A stretch of DNA of 53,269 nt from Coriobacteriia bacterium (lineage in GTDB: Bacteria; Actinomycetota; Coriobacteriia; Anaerosomatales; JAGXFU01). Below, one piece after another: positions 7,576 to 17,356 of this stretch (its first letter is position 1; each line of letters starts with the position of its first letter). The notes beneath the pieces were generated by a model. It ran no database searches. It saw only the letters and a program-made list of their open reading frames with translations, and was not told the origin of the DNA. Position numbers and translations under genes: made by a program. The stretch is taken from NCBI GenBank assembly GCA_041739935.1, contig JBGSMX010000007.1:1-53269 (forward strand), in the 5' to 3' direction.

Positions 7576-8808
7576 CTAGATTCCGCGGTCGAGGTCTCTT
7601 GACGCCGTGCGAATCTCGCCGAAGAGTACGTCGGAGACGATCGATTCCTCGCCCCACGCCCCCAGTATGACCGTATTGACGTGGCCCTCGACCCGCGCCT
7701 GCTTCACGGCGACCTGCGCATCGAGCAGGGTAACCGAGCTTTCGAACGGAAAGCATGCGGGGCAGATTAGAACACGGCGGCAGCCCAGTGCCGCCAGATG
7801 CCGCACCGTCTCAGTGATGTCGGGCACCCGCCACTCGGCAAAGCACAGCTTGATGTTGTCGCGTGGGATTCCCTTGTCGGTCAAGATCATCCGAATTCGG
7901 TGCGCGAAGGAATTCTCTTGCACATCGAACGACGCGTGAGAGCGCTCCCACTCATCAGGCTGGCCGTGAAGAATCAGGGCGACGCCTGTTGCAGTCGGTT
8001 CGTCGCGGGCGCGCCATACTTGCTCCGCCACGTGCTCGGCGAGCGCCTCGGAGCCCCAGAGTGGGGGCGTGTACACCACTCGCATACCGTGGGTGTCCGG
8101 TCGCAACGTGTCCACGGCGGACTTGGCGCGATCGGTCACGTAGGATTCTGCCACCGACAAGGTCGCGACGATCACGTTGGCCACGCCCTGGGACGCAGCC
8201 CGGGCCACCGCTCTGTCGAGCGTGTCTCTGCCCACGCAAGACACGAACTCAAGGTATGCAATCGAGTCACCGAGCCTCTTCTCGAGGCGCTCGGCCACGG
8301 CCTGTGCCTGACGTGACGACGGGCTCGTGCCGCCCATAGCCCGGTACCGGGCCTTCTGCGAGGCGTAGAGAAAGGGAGTGATTCCCAGGGTTGCCTCGGG
8401 CAGCCCGGCCTGCGCGAGTCTGTCGAGCTCTTGCGTGATGGCAACAGGCTGGTACTTGCGGGGTTCGATGCAGCTCAGCAGCACGATGCCGGGCTTCGGG
8501 ACTCTGGGTTGGACCTGCTCCGGTAGGGTCGGCCGGCTGCGGTTCGAGGTCATGTACGGCAGAAGCGACGAAACCAGAGCGTAGCCGCCGCCAACCGATG
8601 CGAGCGACAGGCCAAGACCGGCCACTGTCATGTCGATTCGGTTGTAGGTATCGACTATCCCGATGATGCCCCACGTGCCGACGATCACGCCTGCGATGCC
8701 AAGGAGAAACGCGAGTGGTTCGCGGATCCTTTGCGCGACCAACAGACCCACGATCGAAGCGCCGACCGCGAGCCCTCCGACGAACACGGCAACCCACTCA
8801 ACAGTCAT
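7576..8808 (-). CDS. Ferrochelatase-family (class II chelatase) paralog with an N-terminal multi-TM anchor
   Basis: The ORF extends to 8922, but ATG 8808 (MTVEWVAVF...) follows GGGAGAAAC. About 100 aa of TM helices come first, then ferrochelatase-like blocks: QKARYRAMGGTSPSSRQAQAVAERL, VIVATLSVAESY, ALILHGQP. The C-terminal GF..DH.ET block is diverged (CFPFESSVT). Confidence 0.6.
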   Translation of the reverse strand: MTVEWVAVFVGGLAVGASIVGLLVAQRIREPLAFLLGIAGVIVGTWGIIGIVDTYNRIDMTVAGLGLSLASVGGGYALVSSLLPYMTSNRSRPTLPEQVQPRVPKPGIVLLSCIEPRKYQPVAITQELDRLAQAGLPEATLGITPFLYASQKARYRAMGGTSPSSRQAQAVAERLEKRLGDSIAYLEFVSCVGRDTLDRAVARAASQGVANVIVATLSVAESYVTDRAKSAVDTLRPDTHGMRVVYTPPLWGSEALAEHVAEQVWRARDEPTATGVALILHGQPDEWERSHASFDVQENSFAHRIRMILTDKGIPRDNIKLCFAEWRVPDITETVRHLAALGCRRVLICPACFPFESSVTLLDAQVAVKQARVEGHVNTVILGAWGEESIVSDVLFGEIRTASRDLDRGI

Positions 8809-8872
8809 CCGGCGTGTTTCTCCCGTCTCGCCTAATGGGATAAGAATACCTGTATGCAGCGCATCTGACACG

Positions 8873-8901
8873 TTGACGAGAAATACCCCTAGGGGTATAC
8901 T
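8873..8901 (+). promoter_or_regulatory. Sigma-70-type promoter of trxA with an embedded CsoR-family palindromic operator
   Basis: TTGACG (8873..8878), a 17-nt spacer, then TATACT (8896..8901). The perfect 16-bp palindrome ATACCCCTAGGGGTAT (8883..8898) fills the spacer and overlaps the -10. Confidence 0.7.
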
Positions 8902-8952
8902 GTTCCACGAGTCAGATAACACTCGTATTCGTATGTGACGGGAGAATGACCA

Positions 8953-9273
8953 ATGAGCGACTCTGTTAAGGACGTTTCTGAAGCTGATTTCACCGCCGAG
9001 GTGCTCGACGCGACAGTGCCTGTCGTCGTGGACTTCTGGGCGCCGTGGTGTGGTCCGTGCCGCGTCGTGGGGCCCGAGGTTGAGAAGCTCGCGACGCGTG
9101 TGGGCGACAGCGCCAAGTTCGTGAAGGTCAACGTTGACGATGCAAGGGATGTTGCGGTGAAGTACGGGATCATGAGTATTCCGACCATCGCTAAGTTCGA
9201 GCGCGGAGCTATGGTCTCGCAGGTCGTCGGCGCACGTGGCGCGGACGCGTTAGCTGCAGAACTCGGCCTCTAG
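8953..9273 (+). CDS. trxA: Thioredoxin
   Basis: 106 aa with the WAPWCGPC active site and the typical thioredoxin length. Confidence 0.95.
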   Translation: MSDSVKDVSEADFTAEVLDATVPVVVDFWAPWCGPCRVVGPEVEKLATRVGDSAKFVKVNVDDARDVAVKYGIMSIPTIAKFERGAMVSQVVGARGADALAAELGL

Positions 9274-9280
9274 GGATATC

Positions 9281-9487
9281 ATGCCTACGTACGAACTCAC
9301 GTGCGAGGACTGCGGAGAACGCTTCGATCTATTCGTGATGCGGATGCTGCGCGATGATGACAAGGTGTGTGTTGCGTGCGGTTCGCGTAACGTGAGGCGA
9401 GGATTTGGAGGAGGTGTCCTGGGCGTGGGCACGGCAGCGGCCGGCGTGACTGCCGCACCGTCGTGCTCGAGCGGCGGGTTCACCTGA
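9281..9487 (+). CDS. FmdB-family zinc-ribbon putative regulatory protein
   Basis: 68 aa. YELTCEDCGERF...CVACGS provides two CxxC pairs. The Gly/Ser-rich tail ending CSSGG is typical of the family. Confidence 0.8.
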   Translation: MPTYELTCEDCGERFDLFVMRMLRDDDKVCVACGSRNVRRGFGGGVLGVGTAAAGVTAAPSCSSGGFT

Positions 9488-9526
9488 GGATAGTCAGCGC
9501 CCGGTCGGGCGTGCGAAGGAGAGCTC

Positions 9527-9919
9527 GTGGACTACGCGTACAAGCGCGTTGGCACCAGGGATTTCAGCGAGACAATCGAAGCCGTGGAGCGCTCTGTGCG
9601 CGACCACGGCTTCGTCATTGAGCAGTTTCACGACATCAGTGCGCGGCTCGAGGCGAAGGGTTTCCCGATCAGGCAACTGGTGATCTTCGAGATCGGGCCG
9701 GCTCAGGAGAGCACCGACGACATGCTCCGGCTGCTCATGCCTTGCAGGATCAATGTCTACGAAGAAGGCGACGAAGTCGTGGTCGCAGCGTTGCGGCCCA
9801 CCCTGTTCAAGGCCGTCTTTCCCGAGCACGAGCTCGATGCGCTTGCGCAGAAGATCGAAGCGGACGTGGTTCGGGTCGTTGACGATTCCGTCGCGGAGCC
9901 CGGTTCGCGCGCTATCTGA
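9527..9919 (+). CDS. DUF302 domain protein
   Basis: 130 aa with a GTG start after GAAGGAGAG. The pattern ...GFVIEQFHDIS...LMPCRINVYEEGDEVVVAALRP matches the DUF302 signature. Confidence 0.75.
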   Translation: MDYAYKRVGTRDFSETIEAVERSVRDHGFVIEQFHDISARLEAKGFPIRQLVIFEIGPAQESTDDMLRLLMPCRINVYEEGDEVVVAALRPTLFKAVFPEHELDALAQKIEADVVRVVDDSVAEPGSRAI

Positions 9920-10499
9920 CGCAGTCCGAGTACTTGAGGAAGACGAGGATGGCCTCGTCGATGAGCTCGTCGCGACTCTGGCCCGCCTCCTCGATCAGGC
10001 ATCCCTTCATGGAATGGCCGAGGACTGCGAGTCCAACATCGCCGATCGCGGCGGTGGCACGAGACAGTTCGTTTAGCACCAACTCACATTCCGTGCCGTC
10101 CTCGAGAAGACGCTGAATATGCCGGATCTCGTCTTCGAGGGAGTGCAGTCTCGTGATCATCTGCATGGTATCTCCCGGCGAGATGCTCTTGGGGTCGGGG
10201 GTCGAAGCTGACAGACTTCGGTACCGAATGAACACCTCGAACGCGTCCTGGATCAGTTCATCGCGATCCTCGTGCGACCCGGTGGCGAGGCACGTCTTCA
10301 TCGAGTAGCCGATGATATGCATTCCGACCTGCGTAAGCGCGGACTTCGCGGCGAGAATCTGGGTGAGGACCGCCTGGCAGTCTTTCCGGGACTCGATCAT
10401 CGTTTGCAGTCCGCGCACCTGACCTTCGAGGCGCTTGAGACGGTTTATTATTCGGCGTCGCTCGGATTCGACCGTGATTTGGTCTGTCGTTTCGGGCAT
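9912..10499 (-). CDS. Tandem (fused double-domain) CsoR/RcnR/CstR-family metal- or thiol-sensing transcriptional repressor
   Basis: Two DUF156-type repeats sit in one 195-aa chain: IINRLKRLEGQVRGLQTMIESRKDC...GYSMKTC and ITRLHSLEDEIRHIQRLLEDGTEC...GHSMKGC. ATG 10499 follows AAGGAG; the GTG at 10514 in the ORF track would include that RBS. Confidence 0.85.
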   Translation of the reverse strand: MPETTDQITVESERRRIINRLKRLEGQVRGLQTMIESRKDCQAVLTQILAAKSALTQVGMHIIGYSMKTCLATGSHEDRDELIQDAFEVFIRYRSLSASTPDPKSISPGDTMQMITRLHSLEDEIRHIQRLLEDGTECELVLNELSRATAAIGDVGLAVLGHSMKGCLIEEAGQSRDELIDEAILVFLKYSDCVR

Positions 10500-10547
10500 C
10501 GTATCTCCTTGCACGCTATGCGCTAGAATTGGTCGTCACGACATACG

Positions 10548-10576
10548 AATATACCCCCTGGGGGTATGTTCCGCAA
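10548..10576 (-). promoter_or_regulatory. Sigma-70-type promoter of the tandem CsoR-family gene with an embedded palindromic operator (autoregulation)
   Basis: Minus strand reads TTGCGG (10576..10571), a 17-nt spacer, then TATATT (10553..10548). The operator ATACCCCCTGGGGGTAT (10551..10567) lies in the spacer and overlaps the -10. This is the same geometry as at trxA and ccdA. Confidence 0.65.
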
Positions 10577-10590
10577 GCCGGGGGATAGCT

Positions 10591-11535
10591 GTGTCAAACG
10601 AGGATACGTCCAGAGCCGAGAACACGGCAGCCCGAGTGCGCCAGATCAAGCGCGTCTTGTGGATCGTGCTCTTCTTGAACCTTGCCGTGGCAATCGCCAA
10701 GCTCACATGGGGGTATATCTCCGGATCGGTTGCCATGCAGGCAGACGGGTTCCATTCGCTGTTCGACGGAACTTCGAACGTGATCGGGCTCGTGGGCATC
10801 GGTATGGCCGGCCGACCTGCCGACCGCGATCACCCCTACGGTCACGGCAAGTACGAATCGTACGCTTCTCTCGCGATAGGCATAATGCTCGCGCTCGCCG
10901 CATACAACGTGGGATCCAACGCCGTGGCAAAGCTCATGCAGGGCGGCGAGCCGGCCAGGGTGGATGCCATTTCCTTTGCCGTGATGTTCGGCACCCTACT
11001 CGTGAACCTCATCATCACGACATACGAGCGTCGCGTGGGCAAGCGGATCGGGAGTGAGATACTCGTAGCAGATGCCGCGCACACGGGCAGCGACGTGTGG
11101 GTGAGTCTGAGCGTGATCGCGGGTCTTGTTGCTGTGAGGCTCGGGTATCCGGCCGTCGATCCGATCGTTGCCCTCGTCGTCGCGGGCGTCATTGCGTGGA
11201 CTGCGTTCGGTATCTTCAAGCAGGCCACCGCAACGCTGTCTGACACCGCACGTATCCCGCCAAGTGACGTATGCGCGGCTGCGTGGACTGTGCCGGGAGT
11301 CCTGGGCTGCCATCACGTTCGGACTCGCGGCACCGAAGCCGAGACCTACGTCGATCTGCACGTCCAAGTGGATCCCGCCATGAGCGTCGAGCAAGCTCAC
11401 GCCGTGAGTGCCGATGTCGAGAAGCTCATCTGCGACTCGTTTCCTGCGGTTGTCGATGTCGTGGTCCATATCGAGCCGCTGGACCCCTATCAGCAGTCAA
11501 AGACCGCCGAGGAGATCGATGCCGGACTCGCCTAG
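10591..11535 (+). CDS. Cation diffusion facilitator (CDF) family divalent-metal efflux transporter
   Basis: In-frame GTG 10591 follows GGGGGA; the upstream part of ORF 10435.. overlaps the divergent gene. Six TM segments, the motifs ADGFHSLFDG and DAAHTGSDVWVS, and a C-terminal cytoplasmic domain are present. Confidence 0.85.
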   Translation: MSNEDTSRAENTAARVRQIKRVLWIVLFLNLAVAIAKLTWGYISGSVAMQADGFHSLFDGTSNVIGLVGIGMAGRPADRDHPYGHGKYESYASLAIGIMLALAAYNVGSNAVAKLMQGGEPARVDAISFAVMFGTLLVNLIITTYERRVGKRIGSEILVADAAHTGSDVWVSLSVIAGLVAVRLGYPAVDPIVALVVAGVIAWTAFGIFKQATATLSDTARIPPSDVCAAAWTVPGVLGCHHVRTRGTEAETYVDLHVQVDPAMSVEQAHAVSADVEKLICDSFPAVVDVVVHIEPLDPYQQSKTAEEIDAGLA

Positions 11536-12499
11536 GCACCGCGCGCATCCCGAGGCGTGGAAGGGCTATGCGCTCGCAACGATGGCGGCGGTGTTCTGGG
11601 CCACCGGCGGACTGGTCGCGAAGTGGCTGTTCACGCCGCTCGACGCAGCGAGCGCTCAGTGGCCCCTGCCTCCGCTGGGCATCGAGGCGGCGCCGGCGGT
11701 TCTTGCTGGTGCGCGCGCCTTGAGCGCAGCTGTGCTCTTGCTGGTATACGTGGGGATCTTCCGACGGGATGAGCTGCGCATCCGTACTCGTGACATTCCC
11801 TTTCTCGCCTTCTTCGGGATAGTGGGACTCGCCGGATTGCATGTTTCCTACTTCTTTGCGATTGCTAACGCCAACGTTGCGACGGCAGTGCTCCTCGAGT
11901 ATCTAGCGCCGGTCATCGTCCTCGTGTTCTCGGTGGGCTTTCTCGGGGAGCGCTTCACGTGGGCGCTACCGGTGGGAGTGGCGCTGTCCGTGACGGGCTG
12001 TGCTCTCGTTGTGGGCGCGTTTGGCTCGTCGGGACTGGACGTCTCGCCTGCCGGTATTGCCTGGGGCCTCGCCGCCGCAGGGTTCTTTGCCCTCTATCAA
12101 CTCATGGGCAGATGGGCTGCGCCCCGCTTCTCCCCGTGGACCTTGCTGACCTATGGCCTACTTGCCGCGTCGGTGTTCTGGATCGTGTTCCTGGGCGGGC
12201 TCGTTTCAGTCATGCGGCTCGTTTCAACCGTCGGCGGTCTGGCAGCCGTTATCTACGTCGCCGTGATGTCGACCATCATCCCGTTTGCCGCCTCGCTCAA
12301 GGCTTTGCACTATATCGATGCAACGAAGGCTGTCGTCACCTCGACCCTGGAGCCGGTCATCGCGGGTATTCTCGCCTGGTTTCTGCTTGCAGAGTCCTTC
12401 AGTTCCTTGCAGATTCTTGGTGGTGGGCTCGTACTGGCCGCGATCGCGATCGTTCAGCGCTCTGAGAGGCAGGTTCCCAGCTTGCCGCCGGCCCTCTGA
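11519..12499 (+). CDS. EamA/DMT-family transporter
   Basis: ATG 11519 overlaps the CDF stop. There are ten predicted TM helices in two EamA-like repeats (AVFWATGGLVAKW..., ALYQLMGRW...). Confidence 0.75.
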   Translation: MPDSPRHRAHPEAWKGYALATMAAVFWATGGLVAKWLFTPLDAASAQWPLPPLGIEAAPAVLAGARALSAAVLLLVYVGIFRRDELRIRTRDIPFLAFFGIVGLAGLHVSYFFAIANANVATAVLLEYLAPVIVLVFSVGFLGERFTWALPVGVALSVTGCALVVGAFGSSGLDVSPAGIAWGLAAAGFFALYQLMGRWAAPRFSPWTLLTYGLLAASVFWIVFLGGLVSVMRLVSTVGGLAAVIYVAVMSTIIPFAASLKALHYIDATKAVVTSTLEPVIAGILAWFLLAESFSSLQILGGGLVLAAIAIVQRSERQVPSLPPAL

Positions 12500-12545
12500 G
12501 CTTCGGGCCTACACACAACCTCCACGACAGAACCGCCGTTCAAAG

Positions 12546-12561
12546 TGGTATATAAATTGCT
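12546..12561 (+). promoter_or_regulatory. Ambiguous promoter upstream of rpoN: a -24/-12-spaced motif TGGTATATAAATTGCT that also reads as an extended -10 (TGgTATATA)
   Basis: The GG (12547-8) to GC (12559-60) spacing equals that of the sigma-54 consensus TGGCAC-N5-TTGC. The same bases contain TGnTATATA, a sigma-70 extended -10. The motif lies 30-60 nt upstream of the rpoN start candidates. Confidence 0.35.
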
Positions 12562-12565
12562 AGGC

Positions 12566-12583
12566 GCGCGCCCGCGGGCGCGC
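12566..12583. repeat. Perfect 18-bp GC palindrome in the rpoN leader
   Basis: GCGCGCCCGCGGGCGCGC is self-complementary. It lies between the candidate promoter and the rpoN start. Confidence 0.9.
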
Positions 12584-12591
12584 TGATCGAG

Positions 12592-14019
12592 ATGTTGTTC
12601 GGCGGTCGGAAGGCATCAGGCGTGGAACTCGTACAACGCACTGAACTCAGACAGAAGATCACGTTGTCGCCCCAGGTCTATCAGGGGCTGAATATCCTCG
12701 CCATGCCCATCGCCGAGCTCGAGCTGCTCGTCGAAGCCGAGCTGCTCGAGAACCCGGTGCTCGAAGTCGAGGAACCCGAGGTCGACGATACGGCAGACGA
12801 GTTTGATGAACGCTCCGAATCTGAAGAGGACGACAGGGCGTGGGACGAGTGGCTCGACATGTACGACGAGCTCGAATCAACTGACACTTCCGGGCCGCGC
12901 GACCCGAATGAAGAGACGGCCAATACCGAGGAGTTCGTAGGCGGTGCTCTGACCTTCGATGACTACCTCAACGAGCAAATCGGACTTCTCGACATCTCCC
13001 CCGAGTGCGCACGAGCTGCCCGCGCAATCGTTGGCTCACTGGACAAGGATGGCTTCTTCGTGGGCCGGTGCTCTGAGGTTGCTGCGGTGGCTGACGTGAG
13101 CTCCGAGATCGCCGAGGAGGCCCTGAGGGTTGTACAGCAATTGGATCCGCCTGGTGTCGGGGCGCGCAATCTGGGCGAGGCGCTCCGGTTGCAGATGGAC
13201 TACCTGGGTTTGGAGGAGCCCCTGCTCGACGTGATCGTCTCGGATTACCTCGATGATGTTGCAGCGAACCACTACCGCAAGATCTCGAGGGCCCTGCGCA
13301 CCGATGAAGACGAGGTTCGCCGCATCGTCGGAATCCTGCGCACCTTGAATCCGCGACCGGCAGGCGCCTTCTCCCCGGGGCCGTCGCCGGGCTACATCGT
13401 CCCGGACGTCACGCTGCGCAGGTTCGACGACGAGTGGCTTATCACCCCAAACAGCGAGTCCGTACCGACCTTGCGGGTCAGCCCGCGCTATCGCTCGATG
13501 CTGCGTTCGGGCTCCTCGGCAGATGACGATACGCGCCGCTATCTGAAAGACAAGATTCGCTCGGCAGAAAGCTTCATTCGCAACGTGGATCGCCGCAAAG
13601 ACACGGTCAGTCGGATAACGGAGATCATCCTCGACGTGCAGGGTGAGTTCTTCGAGGACGGCAAGGGGCTGCTCAGGCCGCTGAGGCTTGAAGATGTGGC
13701 CGTCGAGCTGGGGGTCCACCTTTCGACAGTCAGCCGGGGGGTGACCGGAAAGTACATGGCCACACCGTACGGGCTGTTCGAGCTCAAGCACTTTTTCTCG
13801 GGCGGATATCGTACGCGCACCGGCACCGATGTGGCATCGACGAGTATCAAGCAGCGGCTGCGAGAAATCGTGAAGGACGAGAATCCGGGGAAGCCATATT
13901 CGGATCAGAAGCTCGCCGAGATGCTTTCGGACGAGGGTGTCACGGTGGCCCGCCGGACGGTGGCGAAGTACCGTGAGGAGCTCGGCATCGAGCCCTCGTG
14001 GGCACGGAGGCGCCGATGA
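12592..14019 (+). CDS. rpoN: RNA polymerase sigma-54 factor
   Basis: 475 aa. Region I is Leu/Gln-rich (LRQKITLSPQVYQGLNILAMP). Region II is acidic (EPEVDDTADEFDERSESEEDD). An HTH (LEDVAVELGVHLSTVSRGV) and the RpoN box ARRTVAKYRE are present. An alternative GTG start lies at 12622, after GGAAGG. Confidence 0.93.
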   Translation: MLFGGRKASGVELVQRTELRQKITLSPQVYQGLNILAMPIAELELLVEAELLENPVLEVEEPEVDDTADEFDERSESEEDDRAWDEWLDMYDELESTDTSGPRDPNEETANTEEFVGGALTFDDYLNEQIGLLDISPECARAARAIVGSLDKDGFFVGRCSEVAAVADVSSEIAEEALRVVQQLDPPGVGARNLGEALRLQMDYLGLEEPLLDVIVSDYLDDVAANHYRKISRALRTDEDEVRRIVGILRTLNPRPAGAFSPGPSPGYIVPDVTLRRFDDEWLITPNSESVPTLRVSPRYRSMLRSGSSADDDTRRYLKDKIRSAESFIRNVDRRKDTVSRITEIILDVQGEFFEDGKGLLRPLRLEDVAVELGVHLSTVSRGVTGKYMATPYGLFELKHFFSGGYRTRTGTDVASTSIKQRLREIVKDENPGKPYSDQKLAEMLSDEGVTVARRTVAKYREELGIEPSWARRRR

Positions 14020-15544
14020 CCGAGACGGCCGGGACGGACGCGAAAGCGAACGGCAGCTCTGACGACGCCGGTCGTGCGCGCACGTACCGCGCAGTTTCCA
14101 TAATCGTCGGAATGCTGGTCACGGTCACTGTGTTGCAGCTCTACACGAACACGCTGGACCAAAGCGTGGGCCTGCACCTGCTGTACCGGCGGCTGTACTA
14201 CGTGCCGATCCTCTACGCCGCCTTCGTGTTCGGGAAGAAGGGGGGAGCACTCGCAGCATTTGCGGCCTCCGTCCCGTTCGCGTTGCATGCGCAGATGTCG
14301 CTTGGCGGCCTGTTTGGGGTGCACGTAGACAACTCTTTCGAGATCGTCATGTACTTCGTAGTCGGAGTGCTTTTCGGTGCACTGAGGGACATGGAGGAGC
14401 GCAAGACACGCGATCTGCGACTCGTTTCCGTCCGGCTCGAGGACGCCTATCGCAAGCTCGAGGAACGAGCGATCCAGCTAATAAACATCCAGGACTACAC
14501 ACAATCGATTCTGCGTTCAATCACATCCGGCGTGCTCACGGTGGGTCCCGACGGTTCGATTACGACGATCAACCCGGCTGCCGAACGTATGCTCGGCGTC
14601 TCCGAGTACGACATCGTCCCCAAGCCGATAGGGTCGATCTTCCGCGATGACGGTGGGCTCAGCGCCGACGTTGATAAGGTGCTCTCGGGCAGGCTCCCGC
14701 TCACGCTAAGGGAGATCACAGTCGTGACGCGAGGGGGTCGAACGGTACACGTCCAGGCGTCGACATCGCGAATGCGAGCGGTTGGCGGCAGGATCCTTGG
14801 AGCTGTTGTCACCGTGGAGGACATCTCGGAGATCAAGACCCTCACCGCGCAGCTGATCCGTGCGGATCGCCTCGCGGCTATGGGCGAACTCACGGCCGGA
14901 GTCGCGCACGAGGTTCGCAATCCGCTGGGCGTCATACGGGCCTCCGTGCAACTGCTCGAAGACGCCAACTGCGACCGCAAGCGAATCCACGAGGCAGCAG
15001 CGGTGATCAAGCAAGAGATTGACCGCCTCGACAGGGTGATCAAGGCGCTTCTCGATTTCGGGCGCCCCAGTAAGCCGACGCTGCTGCAGACGGACATCGA
15101 GCAGGTATTGCAGGACGTGCTGCTGTTTACCGGTCGTTTTGCCAAGCAGGCTGATGTGAAGATCGAGTACGCTTTGGCGGGCGACCTGCCCAGGGTGACT
15201 GCGGACCCGGACCAGCTCAAGCAGGTGTTCCTGAATCTGGTGACGAACGCTGTACAGGCCATGGAGGGTCTGGGAGGAAGAATCTCGGTCGAGACCGGAT
15301 CTGACGGGGATTTCGTCCATATTTCTTTTGCGGACACGGGACCGGGCATCCCTGCATCCGACTTGGGTAAGGTCTTCGATCCCTTCTTCTCCACACGCGA
15401 CGACGGGACCGGGCTCGGGCTCACGATCGTGCATAGGATCATCGACGAGCACGATGGGCATATCGAAGTAGGAAGCGGGCCAGAGGGGACGGTCTTTCGG
15501 GTCTCGCTGCCGATCGCTGTTGCAAACGGCGCGAAGGGGAGTCA

Positions 15545-15548
<4 letters not shown>
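14016..15548 (+). CDS. Membrane sensor histidine kinase (membrane-embedded N-domain, PAS, HisKA, HATPase; NtrB/AtoS-like)
   Basis: ATG 14016 forms an ATGA overlap with the rpoN stop. The H-box AHEVRNPLGVI, N box NLVTNAVQA and G boxes DTGPGI / GTGLGL are present. A PAS block (ILRSITSGVLTVGPDGSITTINPAAERMLG) is also seen. Confidence 0.9.
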
Positions 15549-16894
<1,346 letters not shown>

Positions 16895-16927
16895 TTTTCG
16901 AACGAAACGGCGCAAGACCCTCGTGCT

Positions 16928-16943
16928 TGGCACATCGCTTGCA
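16928..16943 (+). promoter_or_regulatory. Consensus sigma-54 (-24/-12) promoter
   Basis: TGGCACATCGCTTGCA equals TGGCAC-N5-TTGCA with exact spacing. It starts 34 nt after the activator stop and ends 39 nt before the GTG 16982 (RBS AAGGAG at ~16970). Confidence 0.8.
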
Positions 16944-16981
16944 CTGTCCGAGGCGTTGGGATCGGCAGTCAAGGAGCGGTC

Positions 16982-17344
16982 GTGTCGCGCGTTTCGGTCA
17001 GGCATATGGTAACAGCGCTGGGCAGCGGTTTCGTTGCCGGCGTGCTCATGCTGGCTGTTCTTGCGCTGCTCAACGGCGGAATCGGATTCGGCTCGTGTAC
17101 CGCGATGACGGGCCTCGGGTGGATCGTACCGCTTGTTGCGGGACTGATCATCGGCGGGGTCGCGCTTGTGCTTCTCGACACTTCGCAGTCGAATGCCGAC
17201 TCCTCGGCGGACACCCTTCGCGCTTCTACATGCGCGTCGTGCGGTAGCCCCATCATCTCAGAGTGGCGCATGTGTCCGCATTGCGGCGCATTGCTCGAGT
17301 GCGACATGGCCGTCTCCACGGCCACCAGCATTCCTGAGCTCTAG
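16982..17344 (+). CDS. Small membrane protein with a C-terminal zinc ribbon
   Basis: 120 aa. Two hydrophobic helices are followed by CASCGSPIISEWRMCPHCG (CxxC-N10-CxxC). Confidence 0.6.
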   Translation: MSRVSVRHMVTALGSGFVAGVLMLAVLALLNGGIGFGSCTAMTGLGWIVPLVAGLIIGGVALVLLDTSQSNADSSADTLRASTCASCGSPIISEWRMCPHCGALLECDMAVSTATSIPEL

Positions 17345-17356
17345 ATCAGCGAGAGG

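Noticed and set aside
6809-7756. 315-aa minus-strand ORF
   Set aside because: It is antisense to the PHP-domain gene and extends into the 3' end of the chelatase-like gene. It has no motifs.
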